IMG/VR virus record: IMGVR_UViG_3300001528_000259
Location: 64,001 to 128,000 of that record
Length of the DNA stretch: 64,000 bases
Direction: 5' to 3' (one strand)
DNA from: a virus
Lineage: Duplodnaviria > Caudoviricetes
The notes below the pieces were generated by a model, which searched no databases, was not told where the DNA came from, and saw nothing but the letters and a program-made list of their open reading frames with translations. The stretch's first letter is position 1. Every line of letters begins with the position of its first letter. The position numbers and the translations under genes are program-made. Positions 41,538 to 51,083 of the stretch are shown piece by piece.

Positions 41538-42725
41538 TTACACCTCCTGTTGATAATTTTGGGCAACGCCAGCATTTTCGCCTTCAACAGTTACGCTCTT
41601 TTCAACAGCAACCGCTTCGGACACAGTACCGGTGCTCATCTTTACAACAGCTCCGCTATTTGCAGAGGCGATTGCAGATGCAACAGTAGTAACATCGGCG
41701 TTCACAATTTCGGGTAGTTCCGCCCAAGTATAAGAAGCGCTCATATCTCCAATAATATCACTTAATTTTTCGCCGTTATAAACAACTTTATCAGCATCAA
41801 TATCTTTCAGCGTCAACACACCATTTTCATCAATATCAAACTGTTCAGCATTTGGTATACCAACAGTTTCGGAAATGATAGATGTAACATCTTCCTTAGT
41901 AGCGATATTTGCATTTAATAGACCATTCACAGCGGCGAACATTTCCTTGGACATAGCACCATCGGAATTCTCTGTAGCAAGCTCAAGAGCAAGTGCTCCA
42001 TTTACTGCAACGAGACCATGAGTTACATCAGCCAATTTGACACTGATTACATTATTCTCGATAGCAATACCAGAACCAGCCTCAAACTTATCTACGAGTT
42101 CTTTAACGGGAACGTAGAGATTAGATGCACCCGTATCATTGAAGACCATCTTAATATAAGGATCTCCTATAACTGCACCATCATAAGGAACATTCGCTTC
42201 AGCTACAATTTCAAGAGTAGCAGATTGAAGAACCATGTCTTTTGCTATGTTGATAACATCTCCAACATAGGTAACATCGTTTCCGATTGTCTTTTTGAGC
42301 TTGTAACTTGCAGCATAACCATCTTCTGGAGTTGTCTGTTTTTCAATAGCGTACTCAGGCATTTGGGTCGCTTCGGCATAAAGACCGTCTTCTTTAACGG
42401 TTAAAATATTACCATCGACAGTTGACAAGCCAACACCGATAGACTTACCGCCACCTTCGGCATCAGTAATTACGATAGTACCATCTACAGGTGTAAGATT
42501 TACAATACCGCCGCCTGACGCTGCAAGGGCATCAAGTTTTGCTTTATCTTCTGCTGACAATAATCCTGCTGCCTGCGCAGTAGCTAATGCCCCAGTGCCA
42601 AACAAAGTAGAACCTTTGTATAACTCTTGAGTTTCCTCAATCCAATATAAGGCATTACTTTCTTTGTTTTCCAAAGCATCAAATGTCGAACGAAGCTTCA
42701 CAGATAAAAATTTTACATTTGCCAT
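41538..42725 (-). CDS. fibre protein ending in the first rungs of a beta-helix
   Basis: AGLLSAEDKAKLD, DGAMSKE and AGSGIAI fibre motifs; C-terminal AI..A..G..V....G......V.KSVT.EG.NAG. Confidence 0.6.
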   Translation of the reverse strand: MANVKFLSVKLRSTFDALENKESNALYWIEETQELYKGSTLFGTGALATAQAAGLLSAEDKAKLDALAASGGGIVNLTPVDGTIVITDAEGGGKSIGVGLSTVDGNILTVKEDGLYAEATQMPEYAIEKQTTPEDGYAASYKLKKTIGNDVTYVGDVINIAKDMVLQSATLEIVAEANVPYDGAVIGDPYIKMVFNDTGASNLYVPVKELVDKFEAGSGIAIENNVISVKLADVTHGLVAVNGALALELATENSDGAMSKEMFAAVNGLLNANIATKEDVTSIISETVGIPNAEQFDIDENGVLTLKDIDADKVVYNGEKLSDIIGDMSASYTWAELPEIVNADVTTVASAIASANSGAVVKMSTGTVSEAVAVEKSVTVEGENAGVAQNYQQEV

Positions 42726-42799
42726 ATTCATTATTCCTTTCTAAAAAATTATATATGGAATCCATTAAAGGATAACCAACAGATTTACATACGGAAGGG

Positions 42800-43222
42800 T
42801 CAAATTTCTTCCCAAATCGGGCAACTACCAGCCGTAAATTTTTCGTCTATGTAATCATATATCTTCTTTTCTATGTCTCTAACCGCGCCAACAGTAGTTA
42901 CAACATTATACTCTTCACCCTCCGGGATAGAGTCTACATCAATCGCCGGTGCGTAGATTGTTTGCAACCATTCGCTCCTATCCGGAGACATCATATAACC
43001 ATTGCGCGTTTCTCTGACATAATATATAACACCATCTGCAGCGCAGGGGCATTTTGGTAAATCTGCGAAAGTTGGAATAATACGAATACCATCAGTTAAA
43101 ATCTGATTGCCTTTAAACATTTCCCCCGTATCTTCGCAGAAATAAAGAGCATATATGTCATACGTGTCACGATTGAGATAACGCTCTTTTGTCGTTCTTA
43201 CAAATTTTACATTTGCCGCCAT
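42800..43222 (-). CDS. fibre-associated protein
   Basis: NVKF..ALYFC.DTGE.FKG module shared with neighbouring genes. Confidence 0.55.
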   Translation of the reverse strand: MAANVKFVRTTKERYLNRDTYDIYALYFCEDTGEMFKGNQILTDGIRIIPTFADLPKCPCAADGVIYYVRETRNGYMMSPDRSEWLQTIYAPAIDVDSIPEGEEYNVVTTVGAVRDIEKKIYDYIDEKFTAGSCPIWEEI

Positions 43223-43233
43223 ATATAATCACC

Positions 43234-43974
43234 TCATTCCTCCGTCCAAATATACTGACTCTCAGTTTCATCAGTGGTCCATTCATCAAACGGATTAAGA
43301 TCAACCGGCGCGGGATTTTCCAATCCCTTATCATTTGTCCATGTTAAAATCTTATCTTCGCTAATATGTGGAATGAATGTTGCTCCAGATGCACCCTCAA
43401 TTTGACCAAGTTCAAGAACTCTTCCATCTATAAGTGTGATTGTAATATTTTCATTCTCATCTACATCAAAACTCTTAATGCCACAACTTGTATAATCAAT
43501 GGCGTCTCCAATTGGACTTCCATTTGCGGTCAGTTGCACTTTATTGTTTTCAGTATCGAGAACAATATTATCTGCTTTTGTTTCTTTAAGATCATCAATG
43601 GTAGCAGATAATTTATTAACAATTTCGTTATAATATTTTAATGAAATACTATCGTCGTCTTCGTAAGATATGTTACTGTTTTCAACTGGAATTTTTACTG
43701 TATTAGTGGTTATTCCACCACCAAATACGCTTACAGAAAAAGATGGAGTTTTGATTACTTCTTTCGGAACTGTACAAATATTATCTTCATCAATTAAAAC
43801 AGGGAAATTGCGCCCGTGATAGCTAAAATTTGCCATTTTAACAGATACACCAGACCAGTCATTTGTTTTAAAGTTAAATTTAAATTTAAGATATCCGTAA
43901 CTATTAGAAGCTATTACGCCAGAAGTATATCTGCTAAGACGTTGGTTTTTTACGGAAAATTCAATTATTAACAC
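43234..43974 (-). CDS. BppU-like N-terminal domain protein (fibre anchor)
   Basis: F.V.NQ.L..S.GYLK..F.F...DW...K.A.F..C.VP.EV..F.VSVFGG. Confidence 0.55.
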   Translation of the reverse strand: MLIIEFSVKNQRLSRYTSGVIASNSYGYLKFKFNFKTNDWSGVSVKMANFSYHGRNFPVLIDEDNICTVPKEVIKTPSFSVSVFGGGITTNTVKIPVENSNISYEDDDSISLKYYNEIVNKLSATIDDLKETKADNIVLDTENNKVQLTANGSPIGDAIDYTSCGIKSFDVDENENITITLIDGRVLELGQIEGASGATFIPHISEDKILTWTNDKGLENPAPVDLNPFDEWTTDETESQYIWTEE

Positions 43975-44084
43975 GTTTTAATCAACCCCCTTCTTTAAAA
44001 ATTTTTACCTATTATAAAAGCCTCTGGTTCCACAACCACTTTGATTATTTTGTTACATCGCACTTTTTCCGCGTGAACCGCCAA

Positions 44085-44306
44085 TTATAACATATGTCGA
44101 TCCCAAAGTTCTTTAGCTTTACGAGTCTCTGGGCATTTTGCAAACACAAATACTATACATTTATCTCTTACCTCGCTATTCCAAATAATATCTAATAAAT
44201 AATCAGAACCAAGGTATTCCAGATATCGTTGTGCTTGTAAGACATTAGAGATAAAAATCGCATTTCCGGGTTCATACAATTTGTGCGTAATCTCACTTTT
44301 AATCAT
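44085..44306 (-). CDS. small conserved phage protein
   Basis: 73-aa ORF with RBS; .VFVF..ET....ELW motif. Confidence 0.5.
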   Translation of the reverse strand: MIKSEITHKLYEPGNAIFISNVLQAQRYLEYLGSDYLLDIIWNSEVRDKCIVFVFAKCPETRKAKELWDRHML

Positions 44307-44345
44307 TTAATCTCTCCTATTGTTGCATAAAAAATGAGGATATGA

Positions 44346-44699
44346 TTATTCGTTTTCAGAAATAGCCATATCCTCATCTGCATTAACTACTTCTACGTCA
44401 TTAGGTATGACAACTTCTTCTATTTTTGCGAATTTACGCTTTGGTTTTGCCGCATTTACTATACCATAATAATATTTTTCTATATTGGGTCGCAAAGATA
44501 TCTTGTCGATATTATACGGTCGAAGCTCTTTGATTGTTTCTGACGCGGTTGTCACCTTAGATCCGTATCGTTGCAAAATCATTGATATATGATAACAATC
44601 TTCACTACAATAACCAGCGTTTTTAAATATGTCTTTGGTAATTGCGCATGAGTCACAATAGTTAAATTCACAAGTACAAATTTTACACGTTTGTTTCAT
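44346..44699 (-). CDS. Zn-binding protein following major tail gene
   Basis: CKIC...F.YC..C...YCSEDC. Confidence 0.55.
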   Translation of the reverse strand: MKQTCKICTCEFNYCDSCAITKDIFKNAGYCSEDCYHISMILQRYGSKVTTASETIKELRPYNIDKISLRPNIEKYYYGIVNAAKPKRKFAKIEEVVIPNDVEVVNADEDMAISENE

Positions 44700-44726
44700 G
44701 TTTTTGCTCCTTCATGTCATAATTAC

Positions 44727-44760
44727 ATACAACACGGGCAGATTTCCACCCGTGTTGTAT
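44727..44760. other. 12-bp hairpin after major tail gene
   Basis: ATACAACACGGG-N10-CCCGTGTTGTAT. Confidence 0.55.
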
Positions 44761-44774
44761 CGGTTATTTACTTA

Positions 44775-45566
44775 TTAGCAAACAATGATAGAGTAGAGAC
44801 CTTCTTCTCCACAATATTCTTTCTTGCAATTAATGGTAAAGTCATGAGTACCATCAGTAGCAAAATTCAAATCCCCGTCGATAGCGAGCTGAGCATAAGG
44901 AGCTGTAATATAGAAGTATACAAGCTCGTGAGTGCAGACGTCTTTACCAAGACCTTCGACTACGCAACGACCAGGAATGGTGTTTGCATCAGCAAAGTTA
45001 GTAAACTTCTGAGCATTTGTCTCCTCATATACATAAGGGATGAAGAGCTGTACATCAGCATCAGCGGCAGGAGATGTGGTAAATGTAATCTTTCCTTCGC
45101 TATAAGTTGCAGTACCGCCTGCACCAACAGCGACCTTTTCTCCAAGCGAACCATCGCCATTCATAACATAAACAACAGTAGGCTCTCCGCCAGTCTTGGG
45201 TGTCTTGGTAAGAGTTACCTCAGTTCCAGCTTTTGCAAGTTTGACAACATCATGGAACTGGATTTCGGCAGTACCAGTGGTAAGTTTAGTACCAGCCTGT
45301 GCAGCAGCAAGAGGCAGATCGAACAGAGCATTAGAGCCGCTCATTTCCGCCGTCTTAGAACGAAGATACGACTCAATTACAACGCCGTCTCCATCAACCG
45401 CATCAGCCATCTCAGAACCGTTAGAAATAGAAAAGTCTGTAATGTCCTTAATAGTCCAAAGGATGTCATCCTTTTCCACTGCAACGCCGTGGTTCTCATT
45501 TGCAGGAACCGCAGCATTAGCATACTGAGTAATTCTTCTAATCTTATTAATAGTAAAATTAGCCAT
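44775..45566 (-). CDS. major tail (tube) protein
   Basis: Position after head-tail genes; SKTAE.SG.NA.FD, D.C and F.I.C...YC motifs; strong RBS; biased codons. Confidence 0.7.
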   Translation of the reverse strand: MANFTINKIRRITQYANAAVPANENHGVAVEKDDILWTIKDITDFSISNGSEMADAVDGDGVVIESYLRSKTAEMSGSNALFDLPLAAAQAGTKLTTGTAEIQFHDVVKLAKAGTEVTLTKTPKTGGEPTVVYVMNGDGSLGEKVAVGAGGTATYSEGKITFTTSPAADADVQLFIPYVYEETNAQKFTNFADANTIPGRCVVEGLGKDVCTHELVYFYITAPYAQLAIDGDLNFATDGTHDFTINCKKEYCGEEGLYSIIVC

Positions 45567-45614
45567 ATTATTATCCTCCATAAAAATTAATTTTGTTTAA
45601 TATTAACAAACACA

Positions 45615-46382
45615 TTAATATGTGCCAGTTTGTAATTTTTGTCCGGATGTATTATCATGTTTAATTTCTCTCATCCAGTTATAATTGTCTTTCTTGATTT
45701 TCTTTGTATCTACCATTCCAGAATATGATCCATGTAGTAGGGCATCTGATTGTACAATAATTTGTAAACGATTGATTTCGTCCATCATTTCAAATATTTG
45801 CATATCTAATATATATTGTTTTGTGTATCCCTGTCGTCCTTTTAAAGATGATATTATAGGATACAAAAACGATTTATATTCTTTATTTTTGTTCTTTTCA
45901 ATTTCTTCTTTATCCATTTCAATTGCCATTTCATGCGCAAAGGGTGTACTTGCTTTGTCACAAGCTCTCGTAAATCCATGAACTTTTCGTAAATATTCTA
46001 CAATACGCCAATAGATCCCTTCGTCTATCATTGTCTCAGTTTCCTGATGATATAGAACCGGACGTCCATTTTGTCTATTTTCACGAACTTTAAATTTGGT
46101 CAAATCTATATCGCCCAAAATAATTTTTGTTTTTTCTTGTGGTAAGGTTGGCCACAGCATAAGAGCAATTTGCCAATCTTCAATTTTTTCCCAATCTAAT
46201 TTCATTGTAAACAGCTGATATTTAAGATTAGAACTTGTTGAGCACAATGTGCTTACTGTAGACATATATGTCGCTTCATCATTAAGAATGATCTCGCGTA
46301 TAGTAGGCTGGTGCACAATAATTTTGTCATTGATAACTAAAGGCTCACCAGACCAACAGAACAAATCATTTGTCTCTAACAT
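45615..46382 (-). CDS. tail completion protein (YomV-like)
   Basis: I.VHQPTI.EI N-terminus; G.YSG.VD.KKI...NW C-terminus; synteny. Confidence 0.55.
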   Translation of the reverse strand: MLETNDLFCWSGEPLVINDKIIVHQPTIREIILNDEATYMSTVSTLCSTSSNLKYQLFTMKLDWEKIEDWQIALMLWPTLPQEKTKIILGDIDLTKFKVRENRQNGRPVLYHQETETMIDEGIYWRIVEYLRKVHGFTRACDKASTPFAHEMAIEMDKEEIEKNKNKEYKSFLYPIISSLKGRQGYTKQYILDMQIFEMMDEINRLQIIVQSDALLHGSYSGMVDTKKIKKDNYNWMREIKHDNTSGQKLQTGTY

Positions 46383-46932
46383 CTTCTCTAACAATGCTCC
46401 CATCGTGTCTATTAAGCGACAACCTCTCATATCTATTATCGAACAAACCATCTTGCGTTTGTTCTGGTATAATAAGCTGAAATTTCAGCGTTCGAGTATA
46501 GTAATCAGTATCTGTAATGCTGCTCTTAGACTGGATTAACTTGAGTTCATGCCCAAAAAGATTACTACGGTTAAAAAGGTCGCGAATGATATATGATATC
46601 AAATCAGATCTTACAACACCATATTTAGTCTTCATTAGATCCTTATGTACAAAAATAACAAATTGAATTATTTGCTGTTTCATTCTATCGTTACGAGCAA
46701 TATCAGACATATCATCTACTTCATAACAAATGAAAACCTTTGATGTATCTATAGTATTCGGAACTCTAAGAAATGGAAATAAATTGACGTATACATATTC
46801 CTCTGGTGTATCCGGATTGAGATGGGGATTATCTAATAATTCAATAATATCTGGGTCATTATATAAAACCATTTCGATAATACGTTTAGTTAAACTAATA
46901 TCATCTTCAATATTTTGAATATCACGTTTCAT
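46366..46932 (-). CDS. tail terminator-like protein (YomW-like)
   Basis: NLFPF.RVP..FICYEV..R.DL...I..LFN; start MKRDIQ. Confidence 0.55.
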   Translation of the reverse strand: MKRDIQNIEDDISLTKRIIEMVLYNDPDIIELLDNPHLNPDTPEEYVYVNLFPFLRVPNTIDTSKVFICYEVDDMSDIARNDRMKQQIIQFVIFVHKDLMKTKYGVVRSDLISYIIRDLFNRSNLFGHELKLIQSKSSITDTDYYTRTLKFQLIIPEQTQDGLFDNRYERLSLNRHDGSIVREDVRDK

Positions 46933-46933
46933 C

Positions 46934-48001
46934 TTATCCCACCACCTCAATTTGTATTTCTGCCGCGCTACCATCAGATCCAATTGCTTGAACAATAAGC
47001 ACAGTGCCAATTAAATTGTAATTTTGTGCTATCTTAAGTTTCATCTGATTGCCGGAATAATCAATTGTATAATTTGTATCACCACTAATGTCCCCATTTG
47101 CGTCACTAATTGTCCATTTAGACACGGTAACAGTTTCATCATAAAAAACCGCCGTAAATGTCTTCCAACTTCCACCAACTTTGATTGTTGGTTTGGTACC
47201 AGAGCAGGCAATAGTGACAGTTTGTTTAAGGTCTTCCTCAACATCGGGTTCAGTTGGTAAAATTGGTGTATCGTAATAATTGCAGATACCAAGTTCCGCG
47301 TTGTCGTGTGTGGGATCGAAGGTCTCTTGTGTAAACTTAAATGTTGTTATGCCATGTGGTTGTGTATCCTCAATTTTAGATACTTGATACACAATTGGAG
47401 GGTATCTTCTTTCATCAGAGATTATAAATCTCTTATTATACCCAATTTTGATTGTATCTGAATTTGTTGGGACGATAGTGGCGGTTACATTATCAACCGC
47501 AGTCGTTCTATCTCCATCCCACGACCCGCTGTTGTAACTTTGCTGAATTCTCTGCACTCCAAGTACAGAGTAAATCTTACCATCAGATATCCATTTTAAA
47601 ATGTGATTAGTTTTCAACACCTGATATTGTCTAAACATCGGTCTATCATCAAGATGTACCAATAACCACCAAATCCATTCACCATCTTCATTCTCCATAT
47701 ACACATAACTTCCAATTCCAACTTCAGGATGTCTTTTTTCTTCACCATGACGAAATTGCATCCAGTACGATGGCTCATCAGAAGTAATATTTGCATATGT
47801 TTTTACATTAAACTTTACATCAATCAATTCATTCTCTGCCGTAACTTCTGGTAGACCACTGTCAACCTTAACTACATACACTTTTCGTGCGTTTGGGTCT
47901 CTGTCCCACGTCTGCTCAATCACCATATTGCTCTGCATCCTTAGCATTTCACTCATGTTTGCGCCACGATGACACATACGGCTTCTATAAAAATCAAACA
48001 T
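46934..48001 (-). CDS. head closure / neck protein (YomX-like)
   Basis: Synteny; YNSG.W motif; C-terminal Ig-like segment. Confidence 0.55.
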   Translation of the reverse strand: MFDFYRSRMCHRGANMSEMLRMQSNMVIEQTWDRDPNARKVYVVKVDSGLPEVTAENELIDVKFNVKTYANITSDEPSYWMQFRHGEEKRHPEVGIGSYVYMENEDGEWIWWLLVHLDDRPMFRQYQVLKTNHILKWISDGKIYSVLGVQRIQQSYNSGSWDGDRTTAVDNVTATIVPTNSDTIKIGYNKRFIISDERRYPPIVYQVSKIEDTQPHGITTFKFTQETFDPTHDNAELGICNYYDTPILPTEPDVEEDLKQTVTIACSGTKPTIKVGGSWKTFTAVFYDETVTVSKWTISDANGDISGDTNYTIDYSGNQMKLKIAQNYNLIGTVLIVQAIGSDGSAAEIQIEVVG

Positions 48002-48296
48002 TTTCTTTACCACCCCTCAGTTTATCTACCAAGTTGGCAGCATCAAGAATACATTTACGAAATTGAGCCGGATTAATCCGAGCAGTCTCCAAATTACTTA
48101 CTATTGTAAGTATTTCGGGTTGGAAATAAAACATTTTATTAGCACCAAGAATTTCATTAATTAAAGTTTGAATTGTCGCATCTACCAAAGGACTCTCCGC
48201 TTCCTTAAGATATAGGACATTCAAGATCGCGCCATACCAATGGCGCTTTTGTTGTTCTATCTGATTCGACGGGATGTTTTCATAATTATTTTTCAT
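47994..48296 (-). CDS. small neck-region protein
   Basis: FRKC.LDA motif; synteny. Confidence 0.5.
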   Translation of the reverse strand: MKNNYENIPSNQIEQQKRHWYGAILNVLYLKEAESPLVDATIQTLINEILGANKMFYFQPEILTIVSNLETARINPAQFRKCILDAANLVDKLRGGKENV

Positions 48297-48307
48297 AGCA
48301 ACACCCC

Positions 48308-48727
48308 TCAATCAAAATATTCATTATCTATATAAGTATAATCGCGAGAAAGCTGTTGTGCCTCCAGGCGCAACCGATCGTCCATTTCACGAAGTTCTTT
48401 AATGTGCGCAGCTTGTGAATAGAAATTCGTCTCTTTGCCGCTAAATGTCTGTAAGACCGTCGTCACACTGTGTAAACGCTGAGATATCCACTCTCTCACC
48501 ATCATAATTGCAAGTATCTCTATTTCTAAATCAGACAAATCAGAATTGAATTGTTTCAACTCCTCATCTCTATCTGACAAATCATGTTCGCATTTTCGAT
48601 GCTTTGCAATTGCAGACAATAGCCAATCATGAAGCATATTTTCAAGATCTTCATCCGGGAGTGCCGCAAGTTGGGGGTCTTCCAGCTTTTGGAGTGCACG
48701 ATTATACACTGTATCATAACCTGTCAT
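48308..48727 (-). CDS. head-tail adaptor (YomZ-like)
   Basis: FNSDLSD.EIEILA..M..EW and FYSQA.H motifs. Confidence 0.65.
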   Translation of the reverse strand: MTGYDTVYNRALQKLEDPQLAALPDEDLENMLHDWLLSAIAKHRKCEHDLSDRDEELKQFNSDLSDLEIEILAIMMVREWISQRLHSVTTVLQTFSGKETNFYSQAAHIKELREMDDRLRLEAQQLSRDYTYIDNEYFD

Positions 48728-48748
48728 CGCAGGGTTCACCTCCTACGA

Positions 48749-49327
48749 TTATTTCATAAACATCTCAACAAAATCAGTTCCCCAAGCCGTATCGATCTCA
48801 CGAACCTTACGAATATCATAAAGCTCTTCATTCTGAATCATCTGAACCGCCTTAGTTTTAATTGCATCCTTAAGTCCATCAGGCATAAGTTTAAGTTGCG
48901 CCTTAAACTTATTAAGTGGAAGCGCAAAGAAATCCTCAATGGTTTGAGTATTGATTTTATCGTAAATAGGCTTAAGCATCGAACCCCATTGTTCTACAAG
49001 ATCTTCATCTTCAATAATGAATCTTGGCTTTACAAGAAAACCTGATCTACGAGATTGTAGAGCCTGAAGGTCTTGATATTCGACGTATGCGCAATCCCCA
49101 TAATCAGCCCAAGTATATTGAAGCTTAGATTTGTCACCGACGAGAATTAATTCTCCACCCGTAACCGAACGACACTCAATAAGATCATCTGGATTATATT
49201 TCTTAACCGTCTTTCTCGTAGAAGTTGCTTTTACAGGCTTTTCCTTTGATTCCTCGATAATTTCTGTATCCTGAATAACAATAGGTTCTTCTGATTCTAT
49301 TTTTTTAGTAGTAGTTCTACCTGCCAT
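48749..49327 (-). CDS. conserved protein after major capsid (YonA-like)
   Basis: CRSVT.G.L..Y.W..YGD...VEY.DL; synteny. Confidence 0.55.
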   Translation of the reverse strand: MAGRTTTKKIESEEPIVIQDTEIIEESKEKPVKATSTRKTVKKYNPDDLIECRSVTGGELILVGDKSKLQYTWADYGDCAYVEYQDLQALQSRRSGFLVKPRFIIEDEDLVEQWGSMLKPIYDKINTQTIEDFFALPLNKFKAQLKLMPDGLKDAIKTKAVQMIQNEELYDIRKVREIDTAWGTDFVEMFMK

Positions 49328-49378
49328 AATATTATTTCTCCTTTTATTCCTTTATTTAATCATTTTGTTTGGTAATAA

Positions 49379-50455
49379 TTACGCATCAATATCGTAGCAA
49401 CCGAAAGCACTATTAAGCATAACAGCGCAACCGAGTTTTGTCTGCATTTCGGCGGTGTACGTCATATCCATATTTACGTCCTTGTCGGTAACCTGAGAAA
49501 GCTGAGTATCTCCCTCATTGACAACTTTAATGAACTTAATGTCTGTTACAGGCATAATCCAAAGAAGAGTGTTATCAATCTTATATGTACCGATCTTATT
49601 CTTCTCAAAGACCTGAGGTATCTCAACTAATTCCTTGCCTTCCCACATACCAAGAATGCCATTGTGATAGTGTTCATCCTTCATAGCGTCAGAAATATAG
49701 GAAGCGTTCTGAAGAGCAGTAACCTTAGAAAGTGCCGTTCTAGTGCCCATAATCATAACTGGATAACCAGTTGCGGTAGAAACAAGGTCGCAAAGAGTAT
49801 TAAGGTTCTCCGCAGTAACACTACCGGTCTTCTTAAACTGACCAGTAAGAGCGACTGCATAACCAACCATAGCGTCATAGATTGTGTTCTTAACATATCT
49901 GTCATATGCCTCATACATCTTATTGACGAATGTAGCAAAATCATCAGCACCCATTACAACTCGCTCGAACTCAGCGTACACCTTCGCACCACACCAGTAA
50001 GTAGCAATGCTCTGAACTTTACCAGCACCAAGTCTTTGACGTACTATATCGTGGTGTCCACCCGCAAGCCTCATTATAGAAAGAATGGACTCATCAGGGC
50101 TATAAAACTCATTCTTGTCACCAAGAGCAAGGTTTCTCTGATCTACATACTTCTGGAAGAAGGGATCGTTACCCCAACCAGAAACAAGAAGATTCTGAAC
50201 GGTCTCTTCAATGATATCAAACACAAGGGCTTGATTACGTCTGATGGCTTTACGAACATCACCTGGTCTGGAGTTCTTATCAACACCGAGAATATTCTGG
50301 AATACTTCAACAATCTTTGCATTAGCTTCTTCCTTAGAAACCTCCTGCTTACCAAGGGCTGTGTCAGTTAGAAGCTGAGAGAATGCCATAAAATCATTGG
50401 CATCATTATTAAATACATTCTGCACATTTGCAGTAAAATTCATAAATTTATTCAT
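49379..50455 (-). CDS. major capsid protein
   Basis: FDIIEE.V, NLALGDKNEF, GHHD..RQRL, G.WEG..LVEIPQ; 358 aa; biased codons; position. Confidence 0.85.
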   Translation of the reverse strand: MNKFMNFTANVQNVFNNDANDFMAFSQLLTDTALGKQEVSKEEANAKIVEVFQNILGVDKNSRPGDVRKAIRRNQALVFDIIEETVQNLLVSGWGNDPFFQKYVDQRNLALGDKNEFYSPDESILSIMRLAGGHHDIVRQRLGAGKVQSIATYWCGAKVYAEFERVVMGADDFATFVNKMYEAYDRYVKNTIYDAMVGYAVALTGQFKKTGSVTAENLNTLCDLVSTATGYPVMIMGTRTALSKVTALQNASYISDAMKDEHYHNGILGMWEGKELVEIPQVFEKNKIGTYKIDNTLLWIMPVTDIKFIKVVNEGDTQLSQVTDKDVNMDMTYTAEMQTKLGCAVMLNSAFGCYDIDA

Positions 50456-50480
50456 AATTATTTCCTCCTTTCAACCTAAA

Positions 50481-50981
50481 TTAGTCTCCGACCTTATTAA
50501 TTTCTCTAACAATAACTCTGTAGCTAGTGCTATTAGTATAAGGTACTTCCTCAATGATTTCACCGATAAAGCCACTTGTTGGAGCGGTATCCTTAATGGT
50601 GTAAGTAGCATCTACGAACTTACCAACAGCAGGAGTACCAATGAAAGCGTCAGAAGAGAGTGTGTAAATGTCGTCTACATAAAGTTCATATGCTCTGGCA
50701 ATTTCATCCTGAGCATTATAGAAAAACTTCTCCTCAGACTTATACTTTTCACCATTGTAAGCAAAGGGAGATGTGAGAACGAGGTAAGGCTTATCTCCAT
50801 TTGCGAAGGTCTTTGCCTTAAATACCTGTCCTTCGACGTGATCACCAATCGAAACTATAGTTCCATTATCGGTATCTGCAATCATTTTAAGGTCATAAAT
50901 GTGACCAGCAGTGGTTGCCTTGAGTCTACTTGACTCAGCGACTACGTGGGCAGTGCCCTGAATGTTATCAAAAACGTTCAT
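50481..50981 (-). CDS. capsid decoration/stabilising protein (YonC-like)
   Basis: DNG.IV..G, F.N......RAY.L..DI..LS..AF; lies between scaffold and capsid. Confidence 0.65.
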   Translation of the reverse strand: MNVFDNIQGTAHVVAESSRLKATTAGHIYDLKMIADTDNGTIVSIGDHVEGQVFKAKTFANGDKPYLVLTSPFAYNGEKYKSEEKFFYNAQDEIARAYELYVDDIYTLSSDAFIGTPAVGKFVDATYTIKDTAPTSGFIGEIIEEVPYTNSTSYRVIVREINKVGD

Positions 50982-51021
50982 AATTTTTCCTCCATTAAAT
51001 AAAATTTTTTAAATTAAATAT

Positions 51022-51051
51022 AAAAAAAGAATACTCTTAGAAATATTCTTA
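51022..51051 (-). terminator. weak AT-rich terminator-like hairpin
   Basis: AAGAATA-N10-TATTCTT followed by a T-run on the minus strand. Confidence 0.35.
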
Positions 51052-51083
51052 GTTTAATTAATGATTAATAATTTTGTATTGTT

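Noticed and set aside
43985-44084. Possible riboswitch or ribozyme in the gap before the fibre array
   Set aside because: Only short alternative stems; no match I can support to a known aptamer consensus
44691-45590. 299-aa + strand ORF, and similar antisense ORFs such as 49664-50371, 50397-50933 and 5740-6321
   Set aside because: They shadow codon-biased structural genes on the minus strand and show no recognisable motifs
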